From Dehalococcoidia bacterium (lineage in GTDB: Bacteria > Chloroflexota > Dehalococcoidia > UBA2979), in NCBI GenBank assembly GCA_050486345.1, contig JBJHDC010000002.1, forward strand, positions 889 through 56,572: DNA of 55,684 nucleotides. The letters run 5' to 3'. Numbering within the stretch: the stretch's first letter is position 1; every line of letters begins with the position of its first letter. The notes under the pieces are model-generated. The model made no database searches. It saw nothing but the letters and a program-made list of their open reading frames with translations, and was not told the DNA's origin. Made by a program: the position numbers and the translations under genes. This document shows, piece by piece, positions 8,926-17,261 of the stretch.

Positions 8926-9864
8926 ATGCCGACACCGACTGCGTTCTTCGAAGGTAAGTTCGTTCCGCTCGCGGACGCGAACATCAACATTATGACCCAC
9001 GCCTTCAACTACGGAACCGCGGTGTTCGAGGGTGTACGCGGCAACTGGAACGAGGACCAGGAGGAGCTCTACCTCTTCCGCGTCCGCGAGCACATCCGCC
9101 GGATCCAGCAGAGCGCCAAACTCATGCGCATGTCGATCAAGTACACCGAGGACGAGATGGTTGACCTCGTCGCGCAGGTGGCCGAGAAGAACGGCTACCG
9201 CGAGGACGTGTACATCCGCCCGATGGTCTACAAGTCGTCTGAGGTGGTGGGCGTGCGCATGCACGACCTGCAGGATGACTTCCTGCTCTTCGTCACCCCG
9301 TTCGGCGCCTACCTGGACGCGGACGCCGGCGCACGCTGCATGACCTCCTCCTGGCGACGCGTCGACGACACGTCGATTCCGGCTCGGGCGAAGGTCAACG
9401 GCCTCTACGTCAACAACGCGATGGCGAAGACCGAGGCGATGCAGAGCGGCTTCGACGAGGCGATCATGCTCAACGCGGACGGCCACGTCTCGGAGGGCTC
9501 GGGAGAGAACATCGTCATCATCCGCAACGGCGTCCTGATCACACCCGCGCCCAGCGACAACATCCTGGAGGGCATCACGCTCGACACGGTGCTGCAACTG
9601 GCGCAGGAGGAGTACGGACTGCAGGTGGTGCACCGCACCATCGACCGCTCCGAGCTCTACATCGCAGACGAGGTCTTCATGACCGGCACGGCGGCGCACG
9701 TCACGCCGGTGGTGGAGGTGGACCGCATCCCCGTGGCCGATGGCCGCCCGGGCGTCGTCAGCAAGCGACTCCAGGACCTCTACTTCGCAATCATCACGGG
9801 CCGCTCGCCGAAGCACCAGGAGTGGGTGACCCCCGTCTACGAAACGAGCGCGGTGGGCGCGTAA
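8926..9864 (+). CDS. ilvE: branched-chain amino acid aminotransferase
   Basis: ATG at 8926 preceded by CAGGAG. Collinear with E. coli IlvE-type sequences (HAFNYGTAVFEGVR, YIRP, EGSGENI, ADEVFMTGTAA). It is only the 3' end of the artefactual 5014..9864 track ORF. Confidence 0.9.
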   Translation: MPTPTAFFEGKFVPLADANINIMTHAFNYGTAVFEGVRGNWNEDQEELYLFRVREHIRRIQQSAKLMRMSIKYTEDEMVDLVAQVAEKNGYREDVYIRPMVYKSSEVVGVRMHDLQDDFLLFVTPFGAYLDADAGARCMTSSWRRVDDTSIPARAKVNGLYVNNAMAKTEAMQSGFDEAIMLNADGHVSEGSGENIVIIRNGVLITPAPSDNILEGITLDTVLQLAQEEYGLQVVHRTIDRSELYIADEVFMTGTAAHVTPVVEVDRIPVADGRPGVVSKRLQDLYFAIITGRSPKHQEWVTPVYETSAVGA

Positions 9865-9880
9865 GCAGGTTGCCTCTCGG

Positions 9881-9910
9881 GGACGCGTCAGTCGTTTCTG
9901 ACTCCCGTCC
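9881..9910. terminator. nested hairpin between convergent ilvE and GNAT-like genes
   Basis: GGACG-c-GTCAG-TCGTTT-CTGAC-tc-CGTCC, 17 nt after the ilvE stop. Confidence 0.4.
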
Positions 9911-9985
9911 GTCGTAGGTGGTTGCACTGCAGGCGCGCAGAGGTTGGCTCCGGTGCGTGCGTCGAGTCGGCGAGCGGGCATTTGC

Positions 9986-10414
9986 CTACTGGGTGGGCAG
10001 CATCAGCCGGTAGAGCATCGCGCCCGGCGTCGGGTTCACGAAATTGCTCGCGAGCAAAGCGTCCTGCACGTCGTCCATCCCGGGCGGCAGCACCGTCTCC
10101 ACCTCCCGGTAGCCGACGGCGCGCGCGAATGCGACCGCGGTGGCGATGAGCTCGTCCAGGGGCTCGCCCCAGAGGCGCCGCAGCACGGCAATCCCCGGTT
10201 CGCCCTGGTCGATGGCATCGCAGCCGGTGATCTGGCCTGAGGCATTCTCCGCGACCCAGAGCGCGCGTCCCTCCTGCTGGTAGTACGCGGTCTCTACCAG
10301 GTCGATGTCGCGTGCCTCATCGGGTGCGTCGAAGCCGGCCTGGAGCAGGTGCTGCGTGATGAGGCGGCGGACCTCTGGTCCGTCCATGGGCGATGTGCGG
10401 CGGATGGCGCGCAT
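9986..10414 (-). CDS. GNAT-like acetyltransferase (degenerate motifs)
   Basis: Size and layout fit GNAT (..ALWVAENASGQITG...VLRRLWGEP..LIATAVAFARAVGYREV). I chose the ATG at 10414, 2 nt after the upstream stop; the track start is 10453. Weak call. Confidence 0.4.
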   Translation of the reverse strand: MRAIRRTSPMDGPEVRRLITQHLLQAGFDAPDEARDIDLVETAYYQQEGRALWVAENASGQITGCDAIDQGEPGIAVLRRLWGEPLDELIATAVAFARAVGYREVETVLPPGMDDVQDALLASNFVNPTPGAMLYRLMLPTQ

Positions 10415-10416
10415 GC

Positions 10417-11445
10417 TCACGGCGTGCCGCCCGGCTGCTGTTGCTGCTCCCACGGCAGCGAACGAGGCTGCAGGACCTGCCGCACCTGTCCGTCCGCCAC
10501 CAGCACGATGAGGTCCAGTGCGCCGTACGTCGCCGGATTCATGCCGCGCAGGGAGGGCGTGACCAGTTCGTCCTTCATGTGCGCCAGCGCCGCAACGATG
10601 ACGAGGACAGCAAGATCGGGTTCGGTTCCCGCCTGGCGCGCCGTGTTTCGCTGCTCTACGGCACGGGTGACATGGCGACGGAAGGTGCGCCGCACGGCCG
10701 TGCCATCGATCGGGTCGAGGTCCTCGGGCGCGGCGACCAGCGTGACGCCGTGCGGAGCGGCCTCGTGCAGACGCGAGACCAGCCAGTAGTCGTGCAGATC
10801 AATCGGCACCAGCTGCTCAGGCTCGAGCATGGGCGCATGGTCGCGCACCCGCGTGAGCAGGATGTCGACCTCGGCACGCTCCTCCGGCAGGCGGTGGATG
10901 GCGCGGGAATCGAGGTGGAACGCGCCGGGGAGGCCCTCGGAGAGCGCGAGCCATTCCGGGGAGAGCCCGCCGGTCACCGACATGTACGCGCCATCGTCCT
11001 GGACCTTGGCGAGCCCGACGGTGACGGGGAGGCGCACCTCACGGCGGTCGCCCGGTGCCAGGCCCCGCAGCGCCTGCGCGAGCGCGACACGGAGTGCGGA
11101 GAGCCCGGGCTCCTCCAGCGGTAGGCCCACCCGCGGTGGCACCCACACCACGTAGCCACCGGCGTCCGTGGAAGGATCGGCCAGCATGTCCTCCGTGAGC
11201 ATCGCGGAGAGGTCGTCCGCGCCGGGCGGGTTGTCCCCGGGCTCCCACAGCACGCCGAGTGTCACGCCAATGCGGCGCTCGCGCTGCTGGAGCAGGCTAT
11301 CGAAGGGGGCGGGGTCCTCGTCGATGGTGCGGAAGGTGCGGTAGAAGCGTTGCCCCATCCACGCCGCGACCATGTGGAGTGCGGCCTGACGGGGATCGGC
11401 CGCAGATGCCGTGCGCTGGTCGGGGGTGCCGTGGTCGTTGGTCAT
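10417..11445 (-). CDS. hypothetical protein, 342 aa, no family recognised
   Basis: Long ORF with GC3-rich codon usage matching its neighbours. It sits in an operon-like array with flanking minus-strand genes. No motif I can name. Confidence 0.5.
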   Translation of the reverse strand: MTNDHGTPDQRTASAADPRQAALHMVAAWMGQRFYRTFRTIDEDPAPFDSLLQQRERRIGVTLGVLWEPGDNPPGADDLSAMLTEDMLADPSTDAGGYVVWVPPRVGLPLEEPGLSALRVALAQALRGLAPGDRREVRLPVTVGLAKVQDDGAYMSVTGGLSPEWLALSEGLPGAFHLDSRAIHRLPEERAEVDILLTRVRDHAPMLEPEQLVPIDLHDYWLVSRLHEAAPHGVTLVAAPEDLDPIDGTAVRRTFRRHVTRAVEQRNTARQAGTEPDLAVLVIVAALAHMKDELVTPSLRGMNPATYGALDLIVLVADGQVRQVLQPRSLPWEQQQQPGGTP

Positions 11446-11480
11446 ACGTACCGGGTGCGCTCGGGTGGTCGCGTGAGCGA

Positions 11481-11912
11481 CTAGCCCTGGTCGCCCGCCT
11501 GCTGCTCCGCCGCACGCCGGTCATCACGGCGCTCCAGTACCGGGCCCAGGCCGTTCCAGACAATCTCGCGCAGAGCGACCACGTTGATGATCAGGAAGAG
11601 TACGACGCCAGCAAGCTTCAGGGAGGTTGCGAGCGTGGTGCCGTCGTTATCGGTGCGTTGGAGGATGAGCACCGCGGCAATCACCACGGCGAGTAAGCCG
11701 ATGAGCGTGCCGAAGAGGCCCCAGTGCTTGATGAAACGCGTCAGCGCAGCCATTAGGCCAGCGCCGATCGCGATGTGTACGGCGATGGTGGGGAGCAGCG
11801 GGTCGCCGTGGTGATCCCACAGTCCGTAGCCCGCCACCACCAGCAGGGTCATGCCCGCCGGAGCCAGCGTAGCGATGAGGAGGCCCGGAAGATCTGCTCG
11901 CTTGAATCGCAT
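11481..11912 (-). CDS. small integral membrane protein (about 4 TM), unknown function
   Basis: 143 aa with four hydrophobic segments and a charged C-terminal tail. Confidence 0.5.
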   Translation of the reverse strand: MRFKRADLPGLLIATLAPAGMTLLVVAGYGLWDHHGDPLLPTIAVHIAIGAGLMAALTRFIKHWGLFGTLIGLLAVVIAAVLILQRTDNDGTTLATSLKLAGVVLFLIINVVALREIVWNGLGPVLERRDDRRAAEQQAGDQG

Positions 11913-11978
11913 GTGCGTCCCGTTCCCGCCTGCGTATCTTCCGATCCTTGCGCCGGTGGCGGCAAGGCTGGGTGACGG

Positions 11979-12746
11979 CTAGATGTTCGAGCGCGACTGC
12001 CCGCCGTCCACGTTCAGCGACGCACCCATCACCCAGGAGGCGCGCGGCGAGGCAAGGAACACCACAGTCGCGGCGACTTCCTCGGCGGTGCCGAAGCGGC
12101 CACCGGGAATGTTCTGGTCGACCCACTGCTCCATAGCCGCGGGATCCTGGCGTGTGCGCTGGTCCCACGATCCACCCTCAAAGCGAATCGCTCCCGGTGC
12201 GACGTTGTTGACGCGGATGCCATCTCGAGCCCACGCCAGCGCGTAGGCCTTCGACATGGCGATCTGCGCGGATTTGGAAGCGTTGTACTGCGGTGTCCCG
12301 CCAGACTCACGCCCGAAGATCGAAGAGATGTTCACCACGGCAGGCTGGCGCGAGCGGATGAGATGTGGCTTCGCCAACTCCATGAGCCGCAGTGGAGCGA
12401 TCGCGTTCACATCGAACGAGTTGCGCCAGAGATCGTCCAGTTCACCATCGCGGAGTGAGGCGCCTGCGTTGTTGACCAGTGCATCGATGCCGCCGAAACG
12501 CACCACACACGAATCGATGATGCGCTGGGCGTCTGCCGGATCTGTGACGTCTGCGGCTACGGTGTGTACCTGCACGCCGGGAAATGCCGTGCGCAAGATG
12601 GCCGCTGTCGACTCCAGGGCGTCGGCGCCGCGGGCGACCAGGGTGAGGTGCGCGCCTTCTGCAGCGAATCCGCCCGCCATCGCGCGGCCCAGTCCCCGGC
12701 TCGCACCGGTCACGATCACCGAGCGACCGGCAAGTTCGAGGTCCAC
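11979..12746 (-). CDS. SDR family oxidoreductase
   Basis: VIVTGASRGLGRAMA cofactor motif, NNAG, and a Y-x3-K catalytic region (YNASK). 255 aa. Confidence 0.85.
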   Translation of the reverse strand: MDLELAGRSVIVTGASRGLGRAMAGGFAAEGAHLTLVARGADALESTAAILRTAFPGVQVHTVAADVTDPADAQRIIDSCVVRFGGIDALVNNAGASLRDGELDDLWRNSFDVNAIAPLRLMELAKPHLIRSRQPAVVNISSIFGRESGGTPQYNASKSAQIAMSKAYALAWARDGIRVNNVAPGAIRFEGGSWDQRTRQDPAAMEQWVDQNIPGGRFGTAEEVAATVVFLASPRASWVMGASLNVDGGQSRSNI

Positions 12747-12930
12747 GTGTTCCTCGCGTTCCGTTCTGGGAGGCTGAACGAGCGTTAGTGCTCAGTCCGC
12801 ATCGTTGCAGGGGATTACGCAGGGGTCCACTGCTGGACGTGCGTTGACGCCTCTGATCGGGGACACGTACGCTCCGCCTACGTTCGCGAGCGGGCCCTGG
12901 TGCCCGTCTCCGCGGCGAGCCGGGGGAACC

Positions 12931-13680
12931 GTGAACGCTGTGAAGATCGGGCGCGATGGCCACATCGCTGTGCTGGAGGTGCATCCGCCGGATGCCCTGC
13001 ACGACCGCGCGTGCGCGGAGGCAATCGAGGCTGCAGCAGGATCGCTCGCCGACGACGCCAGCGTCCGGGTCGTGATCGTGCAGGGTGTCTTCGGTACCGG
13101 CTGGTCAGCGGAGGCGCGCGCTGAGCCCTCCGGCCTGCCAGGGGTGCGTTCGATGTCTGTAGGAATCGAGGCGGTAGCCGCGCTCCCGCAGCCTGTGATC
13201 GCGGCGCTCAGCGGGCCGGTACACTCGGCGGGCCTTGAGCTCGCGCTCGCATGTGATGTCCGGGTCGCGGATACGAGTACGACGTTCGCGATGCCGGAAA
13301 CGAGCGCGGGTGAGTTGCCGCGGGCCGGTGGAACGCAGCGGTTGCCTCGCGCAGTTGGTCGCGCTGCGGCCCTGCGGTTGCTGCTACTGGGTGAAACCAT
13401 CGATGCGAGCGAGGCGCTGCGCATCGGCCTCGTCTCCCGGGTGACCGAGGCCGGAGAATCGTCGACGGACGCACGTGCGATTGCGGAGGCGATTGCGGCG
13501 CGCGGCCCCATCGCGACGCGGCTAGCGAAAGAGGCGGTGCAGCGTGGCGCGGAACTGACGCTGGATCAGGCCTTACGATATGAGTTGGATCTCACAGTCC
13601 TGCTCCAGTCCACCGCAGACCGCGCGGAGGGCGTACGCGCCTTCCAGGAACATCGCGAACCGGAGTTCACCGGGCAATGA
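12931..13680 (+). CDS. enoyl-CoA hydratase/isomerase family protein
   Basis: GTG at 12931 follows GGGGGAA. Crotonase motifs: GPVHSAGLELALACDVRV, PETSAGELP. The track start at 12805 is less likely. Confidence 0.75.
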   Translation: MNAVKIGRDGHIAVLEVHPPDALHDRACAEAIEAAAGSLADDASVRVVIVQGVFGTGWSAEARAEPSGLPGVRSMSVGIEAVAALPQPVIAALSGPVHSAGLELALACDVRVADTSTTFAMPETSAGELPRAGGTQRLPRAVGRAAALRLLLLGETIDASEALRIGLVSRVTEAGESSTDARAIAEAIAARGPIATRLAKEAVQRGAELTLDQALRYELDLTVLLQSTADRAEGVRAFQEHREPEFTGQ

Positions 13681-13764
13681 TGGAAGATTGCAGACGAAAT
13701 CCCACTGGACGGACGGGCTCCGGGGGTGGAGCATGAGCGACGAGGGAACGATCAGGAGGGGAAT

Positions 13765-14022
13765 ATGAACGTAGTCCTGAACACAGAAGAGGCGCACGTT
13801 GTCCTCACACTGGTCTCGGCACAGGTCCTTGACCACGTGGAGCTCTCGGACGACGCGCGCGAGAAGATCCGTGCATGGCGGCGCGATCGCAACGTGGGCA
13901 CCGTCCCGCTGGACGGGTTCACGCTCGAGCTGAATGAGGCCATCGGAACCTACATCGACGAGCGCACACGTCGCATGGTGCGTTCACGCGGCAAGCTGAA
14001 GACGCGGGAGCAGGTGTCATGA
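13765..14022 (+). CDS. small hypothetical protein (85 aa), paralog of the next ORF
   Basis: ATG at 13765 preceded by AGGAGGGG. More A/T-ending codons than its neighbours. Shares an R-x-W-R-x-D...PL pattern with 14019..14258. Confidence 0.45.
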   Translation: MNVVLNTEEAHVVLTLVSAQVLDHVELSDDAREKIRAWRRDRNVGTVPLDGFTLELNEAIGTYIDERTRRMVRSRGKLKTREQVS

Positions 14023-14258
14023 AGGTCCAGTTCTCGATCGATGAATGCCACCGTATGTACGAAGAGGTGATGGACCAGCTACTGGCCTTGAACCTCGACA
14101 AGCACGACAAGGCGACCCTGCGTCGCTGGCGCTCGGATGACATGTCGCCGGGTTCACCGCTGATGCAGGTGCTGGCTGAGAAAATGAACGCGGAGATCCA
14201 GCAGAGCCACGATCGCTCTGAGGTCAGCCCGATCAAGAAGCCAGACTGGGTGCGGTAG
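14019..14258 (+). CDS. small hypothetical protein (79 aa), paralog of the previous ORF
   Basis: ATGA start/stop overlap with the previous ORF. GGGAGCAGG lies upstream. Aligns collinearly with 13765..14022 at about 25-30% identity by eye. Confidence 0.45.
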   Translation: MKVQFSIDECHRMYEEVMDQLLALNLDKHDKATLRRWRSDDMSPGSPLMQVLAEKMNAEIQQSHDRSEVSPIKKPDWVR

Positions 14259-14266
14259 CACACTCC

Positions 14267-14302
14267 GGCGGGGGTAAGGTGCAGGGTAGCCCGGCCCCCG
14301 CC
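14267..14302 (+). terminator. GC hairpin after the small-ORF pair
   Basis: GGCGGGGG (14267-14274) pairs with CCCCCGCC (14295-14302). The loop is 20 nt and there is no U-tract. Confidence 0.3.
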
Positions 14303-14339
14303 TCACCAGGCTTGCGGAGAGAGGCCAACGCAGCCCTCG

Positions 14340-15071
14340 ATGACTGAACCGCACGTCCGCTTTGAGCGTGACGGAGACATCGCCCGCGTGACGCTCAACC
14401 GTCCCGAGCGCCTGAACGCGATCAACATGGCGATGCGGGATGAGCTGTGGGGCGTGTTTACGGCCGTTCACGATGACCCCACCGTACGAGTGCTGCTCTT
14501 CGAAGGCGCGGGTGACCGCGCCTTTTCCGCGGGCGCAGATATCACCGAGTTCGGCACCGCGCCTTCGCTCATCGAAGCGCGCGAGGCACGTCTGAGGCGT
14601 GATCTGTGGGGTAAGCTCGCACGCCTGCCCGTGCCGGCCATCGCCGCCATCCACGGGTTCGCCTACGGCGCTGGGCTCGAGCTGTCGCTTTACTGCGATC
14701 TGTGCGTGGCGGCGGATGACGCGCGCTTCGCACTGCCCGAGGTGACTCTGGGCTACATCCCCTCGGCCGGCGGCACGCAGACCGCGCCGCGTCATCTTCG
14801 CCGCTCAGACGCGATGCTGATGGCGACCTCTGGCCTGCCGCTCGACGCTCAGGCGGCTTTCGCGCGAGGATTGGTACATGAGGTGGTGCCGGCAGACCAA
14901 CTCCAGGCGCGTGCGCTGGAGTGGGCGCACCGGTTGGCGGCGATGCCGCCGGACGCAATGCGTGCGGCCAAGCGGGCCGTGATCGAGGGCATCGAGCTGC
15001 CGCTGGCGGATGCCCTGCAGCTGGAGCAACGGCTCGCCGTCCGGTTGCGGGAGTCGCAGGAGGTCGTGTGA
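14340..15071 (+). CDS. enoyl-CoA hydratase/isomerase family protein
   Basis: Crotonase signature: FSAGADI, HGFAYGAGLELSLYCDL, PEVTLGYIP. 243 aa. Confidence 0.85.
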   Translation: MTEPHVRFERDGDIARVTLNRPERLNAINMAMRDELWGVFTAVHDDPTVRVLLFEGAGDRAFSAGADITEFGTAPSLIEAREARLRRDLWGKLARLPVPAIAAIHGFAYGAGLELSLYCDLCVAADDARFALPEVTLGYIPSAGGTQTAPRHLRRSDAMLMATSGLPLDAQAAFARGLVHEVVPADQLQARALEWAHRLAAMPPDAMRAAKRAVIEGIELPLADALQLEQRLAVRLRESQEVV

Positions 15072-15562
15072 ACGCGGACACCGAGACACGGCGATCGCGG
15101 CTACCTGCCCACCTGGGGCCAACGGCGCTACTGCTCGTCACGCTTGCGGGGGTACTCGCGGTGGTCTGGGGCGCCTTCTTCCCGCGGCCGATCACGATCG
15201 TCTACGTGGACGCCGGGCCGGTGGATTCGTTCGAGATTGGGCGGGTGGATCACTTTCCCGAGTACGACTTCTACATGGTGGGTCTGGAGGATGCTCGATT
15301 GCGGGCGATCGACGGGCGCATCGAGGCGACGGGATGCAGTGCCCGGTGGCTGCCGAATGACTCGCGTGGATCCGAGCACAATCCTCTGGGTCGTAACGGG
15401 GTCTTCGAGGATCCCTGCTCGGCGGCGGTCTGGTCGGCAATCGGGAACGCCATCAGCGGCACCGATCAGCCGATGCGGACACCGCACATAGACTGGCGTC
15501 GAGGCGAGGATGGGCTCATTCACGCCCACGTCGAGATGATCAATCCAGATACGGACCGATGA
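15068..15562 (+). CDS. membrane-anchored Rieske-fold-like protein lacking cluster ligands
   Basis: GTGA overlap with the upstream stop. One N-terminal TM helix. The spacing pattern ...RAIDGRIEATGCSARW...VFEDPCSAAVWSAIGNAISGTDQP resembles the two Rieske boxes but has no His ligands. Family call is tentative. Confidence 0.4.
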   Translation: MNADTETRRSRLPAHLGPTALLLVTLAGVLAVVWGAFFPRPITIVYVDAGPVDSFEIGRVDHFPEYDFYMVGLEDARLRAIDGRIEATGCSARWLPNDSRGSEHNPLGRNGVFEDPCSAAVWSAIGNAISGTDQPMRTPHIDWRRGEDGLIHAHVEMINPDTDR

Positions 15563-15651
15563 CGGGCGGCTGCCGATGGCTGCGCGGCGCGTCCGGCTAG
15601 CGCCTGCCGTTGGCATTGCCTATCATCGTGCGGCTTCGGGGGGAAACGTAA

Positions 15652-17235
15652 ATGAACACCGCAGAGTTTCTGACCATTAGCGCAGCCATCGTGCCGGATC
15701 GTGTCGCGCTGGTCGGGCCGAATGAGCGGCTGACCTACGAAGACCTGCAATCGCGCGCGAACCGGCTCGCGAACGCCCTCCAGGCGATGGGCGTCGGACG
15801 CGGACAGAGCGTCGGCGTGATGGCGGTCAACGGTACTGAGTATGTCGCGATCTACTACGCCGCCGCAGCCGTCGGCGCGACACTGGTGCCCCTCAATTTC
15901 CGCGCAAAGACCGAAGAACTCACCTACATGGTGGAGTCTACGGACGTGAGCACCCTCTTCATCCAGGAGCGCTACTGGCCAATCTACGAGGCCGTGCGTG
16001 GTGACATGCCCTCCGTGCAGAACGTGATCACCCTGGACTTTGAGCAGGAGGGCCATCCCACCTTCCAGCAGCTGATCGAGTCCGGTGAGGACATCCCGGT
16101 GTTCGCGGACACTGAGGATGACGACTCCACTCTGATTATCTTCACCTCCGGCACCACTTCCATGCCGAAGGGCGTGGTGCTTTCCTACAAGTCGCTGACG
16201 GCACTGGTGGTAAACACCCAGGGGCCTGCTGACCCCTCACAGGATCAGGAAGTGGTCCTCGTCAGCGTGCCGTTCTTCCACATCGCCGGGGCGACCACGA
16301 TGATGAGCGCGGTCTTCTCCGGCCGCCGCCTGGTGGTGCTACCTGCGTTCGACCCCGCCGCCTGGCTACAGGCCGTGCAGGACGAGGGTGTCACCCATGC
16401 CTTCGTGGTGCCGACCATGCTCAAGCGCATCATGGAGGTCGAGAACTTCGAGGATTACGACCTGAGCACCCTGGAGCTCATCACCTACGGTGCGGCGCCG
16501 ATGCCATACGAGATCGTCCGCCGTGCCGTGGACGTCTTCGCGCGCAACGCGAAGGATGTCGGCTTGATGAACGCCTACGGCCAGACCGAGGCGACCGGCT
16601 CGATGACCTTCCTCGGCCCCGACGATCACCGGCTGGATGGGACGCCCGAGCAGAACGAGAAGAAGCTGGAGCGTCTGCGCTCGGTGGGCCGCCCGATGGG
16701 CGACATCGATGTGGCGATCCTCGCGCCCGACGGCCGCATCCTGCCGACGGGTGAGCCGGGCGAGATCTGCATTCGTGGCGACCGGGTCATGCGCGGCTAC
16801 AACAAGCGCGACGACGACACCGGCGAGGCGATCCGCGACGGCTGGCTGCACACGGGTGACGTGGGCAAGCTGGACGAGGACAACTACCTCTTCATCACCG
16901 GCCGCATCAAGGACATGGTCATCCGCGGTGGGGAGAACATCGCCCCGGCGGAAATCGAGCAGGTCCTCGAGGACCACCCGGGCGTTGCCGAGGCGGCGGT
17001 CATCGGGGTGCCGGATGTGGAGTGGGGTGAGGTCGTGAAGGCGGTCATGGTGCCGGCCGCGAACGACATGCGTCCGAGCGAGGATGACCTCACCGACTAC
17101 GTGAAGGGCCGCCTCGCCTCCTACAAGGCGCCGGCCCTATACGAGTGGGTGGATGAGCTGCCCCGGAACCACCTGGGCAAGGTGCTGAAGAACGAGCTGC
17201 GTGACATGTACGGGGAGCCTGCAGGCACGAGCTAA
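15652..17235 (+). CDS. AMP-dependent acyl-CoA synthetase (fatty-acid--CoA ligase)
   Basis: GGGGGGAAA SD. AMP-binding motif IIFTSGTTSMPKGV, plus YGQTE, GDVG..DEDNYLFITGRIKD and ..GKVLK. Confidence 0.9.
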   Translation: MNTAEFLTISAAIVPDRVALVGPNERLTYEDLQSRANRLANALQAMGVGRGQSVGVMAVNGTEYVAIYYAAAAVGATLVPLNFRAKTEELTYMVESTDVSTLFIQERYWPIYEAVRGDMPSVQNVITLDFEQEGHPTFQQLIESGEDIPVFADTEDDDSTLIIFTSGTTSMPKGVVLSYKSLTALVVNTQGPADPSQDQEVVLVSVPFFHIAGATTMMSAVFSGRRLVVLPAFDPAAWLQAVQDEGVTHAFVVPTMLKRIMEVENFEDYDLSTLELITYGAAPMPYEIVRRAVDVFARNAKDVGLMNAYGQTEATGSMTFLGPDDHRLDGTPEQNEKKLERLRSVGRPMGDIDVAILAPDGRILPTGEPGEICIRGDRVMRGYNKRDDDTGEAIRDGWLHTGDVGKLDEDNYLFITGRIKDMVIRGGENIAPAEIEQVLEDHPGVAEAAVIGVPDVEWGEVVKAVMVPAANDMRPSEDDLTDYVKGRLASYKAPALYEWVDELPRNHLGKVLKNELRDMYGEPAGTS

Positions 17236-17261
17236 CCCCGGTGGACAAGTCAGGAGCTGGC

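Noticed and set aside
5014-9864. A 1616-codon stop-free + strand ORF spanning five genes and three spacers.
   Set aside because: Only its last 312 codons (8926..9864) look like a real protein (IlvE). The rest is antisense to four well-supported minus-strand genes and translates to Arg/His/Pro-rich junk. Long stop-free antisense frames are expected at this G+C content. Its length is striking but I treat it as a compositional artefact.
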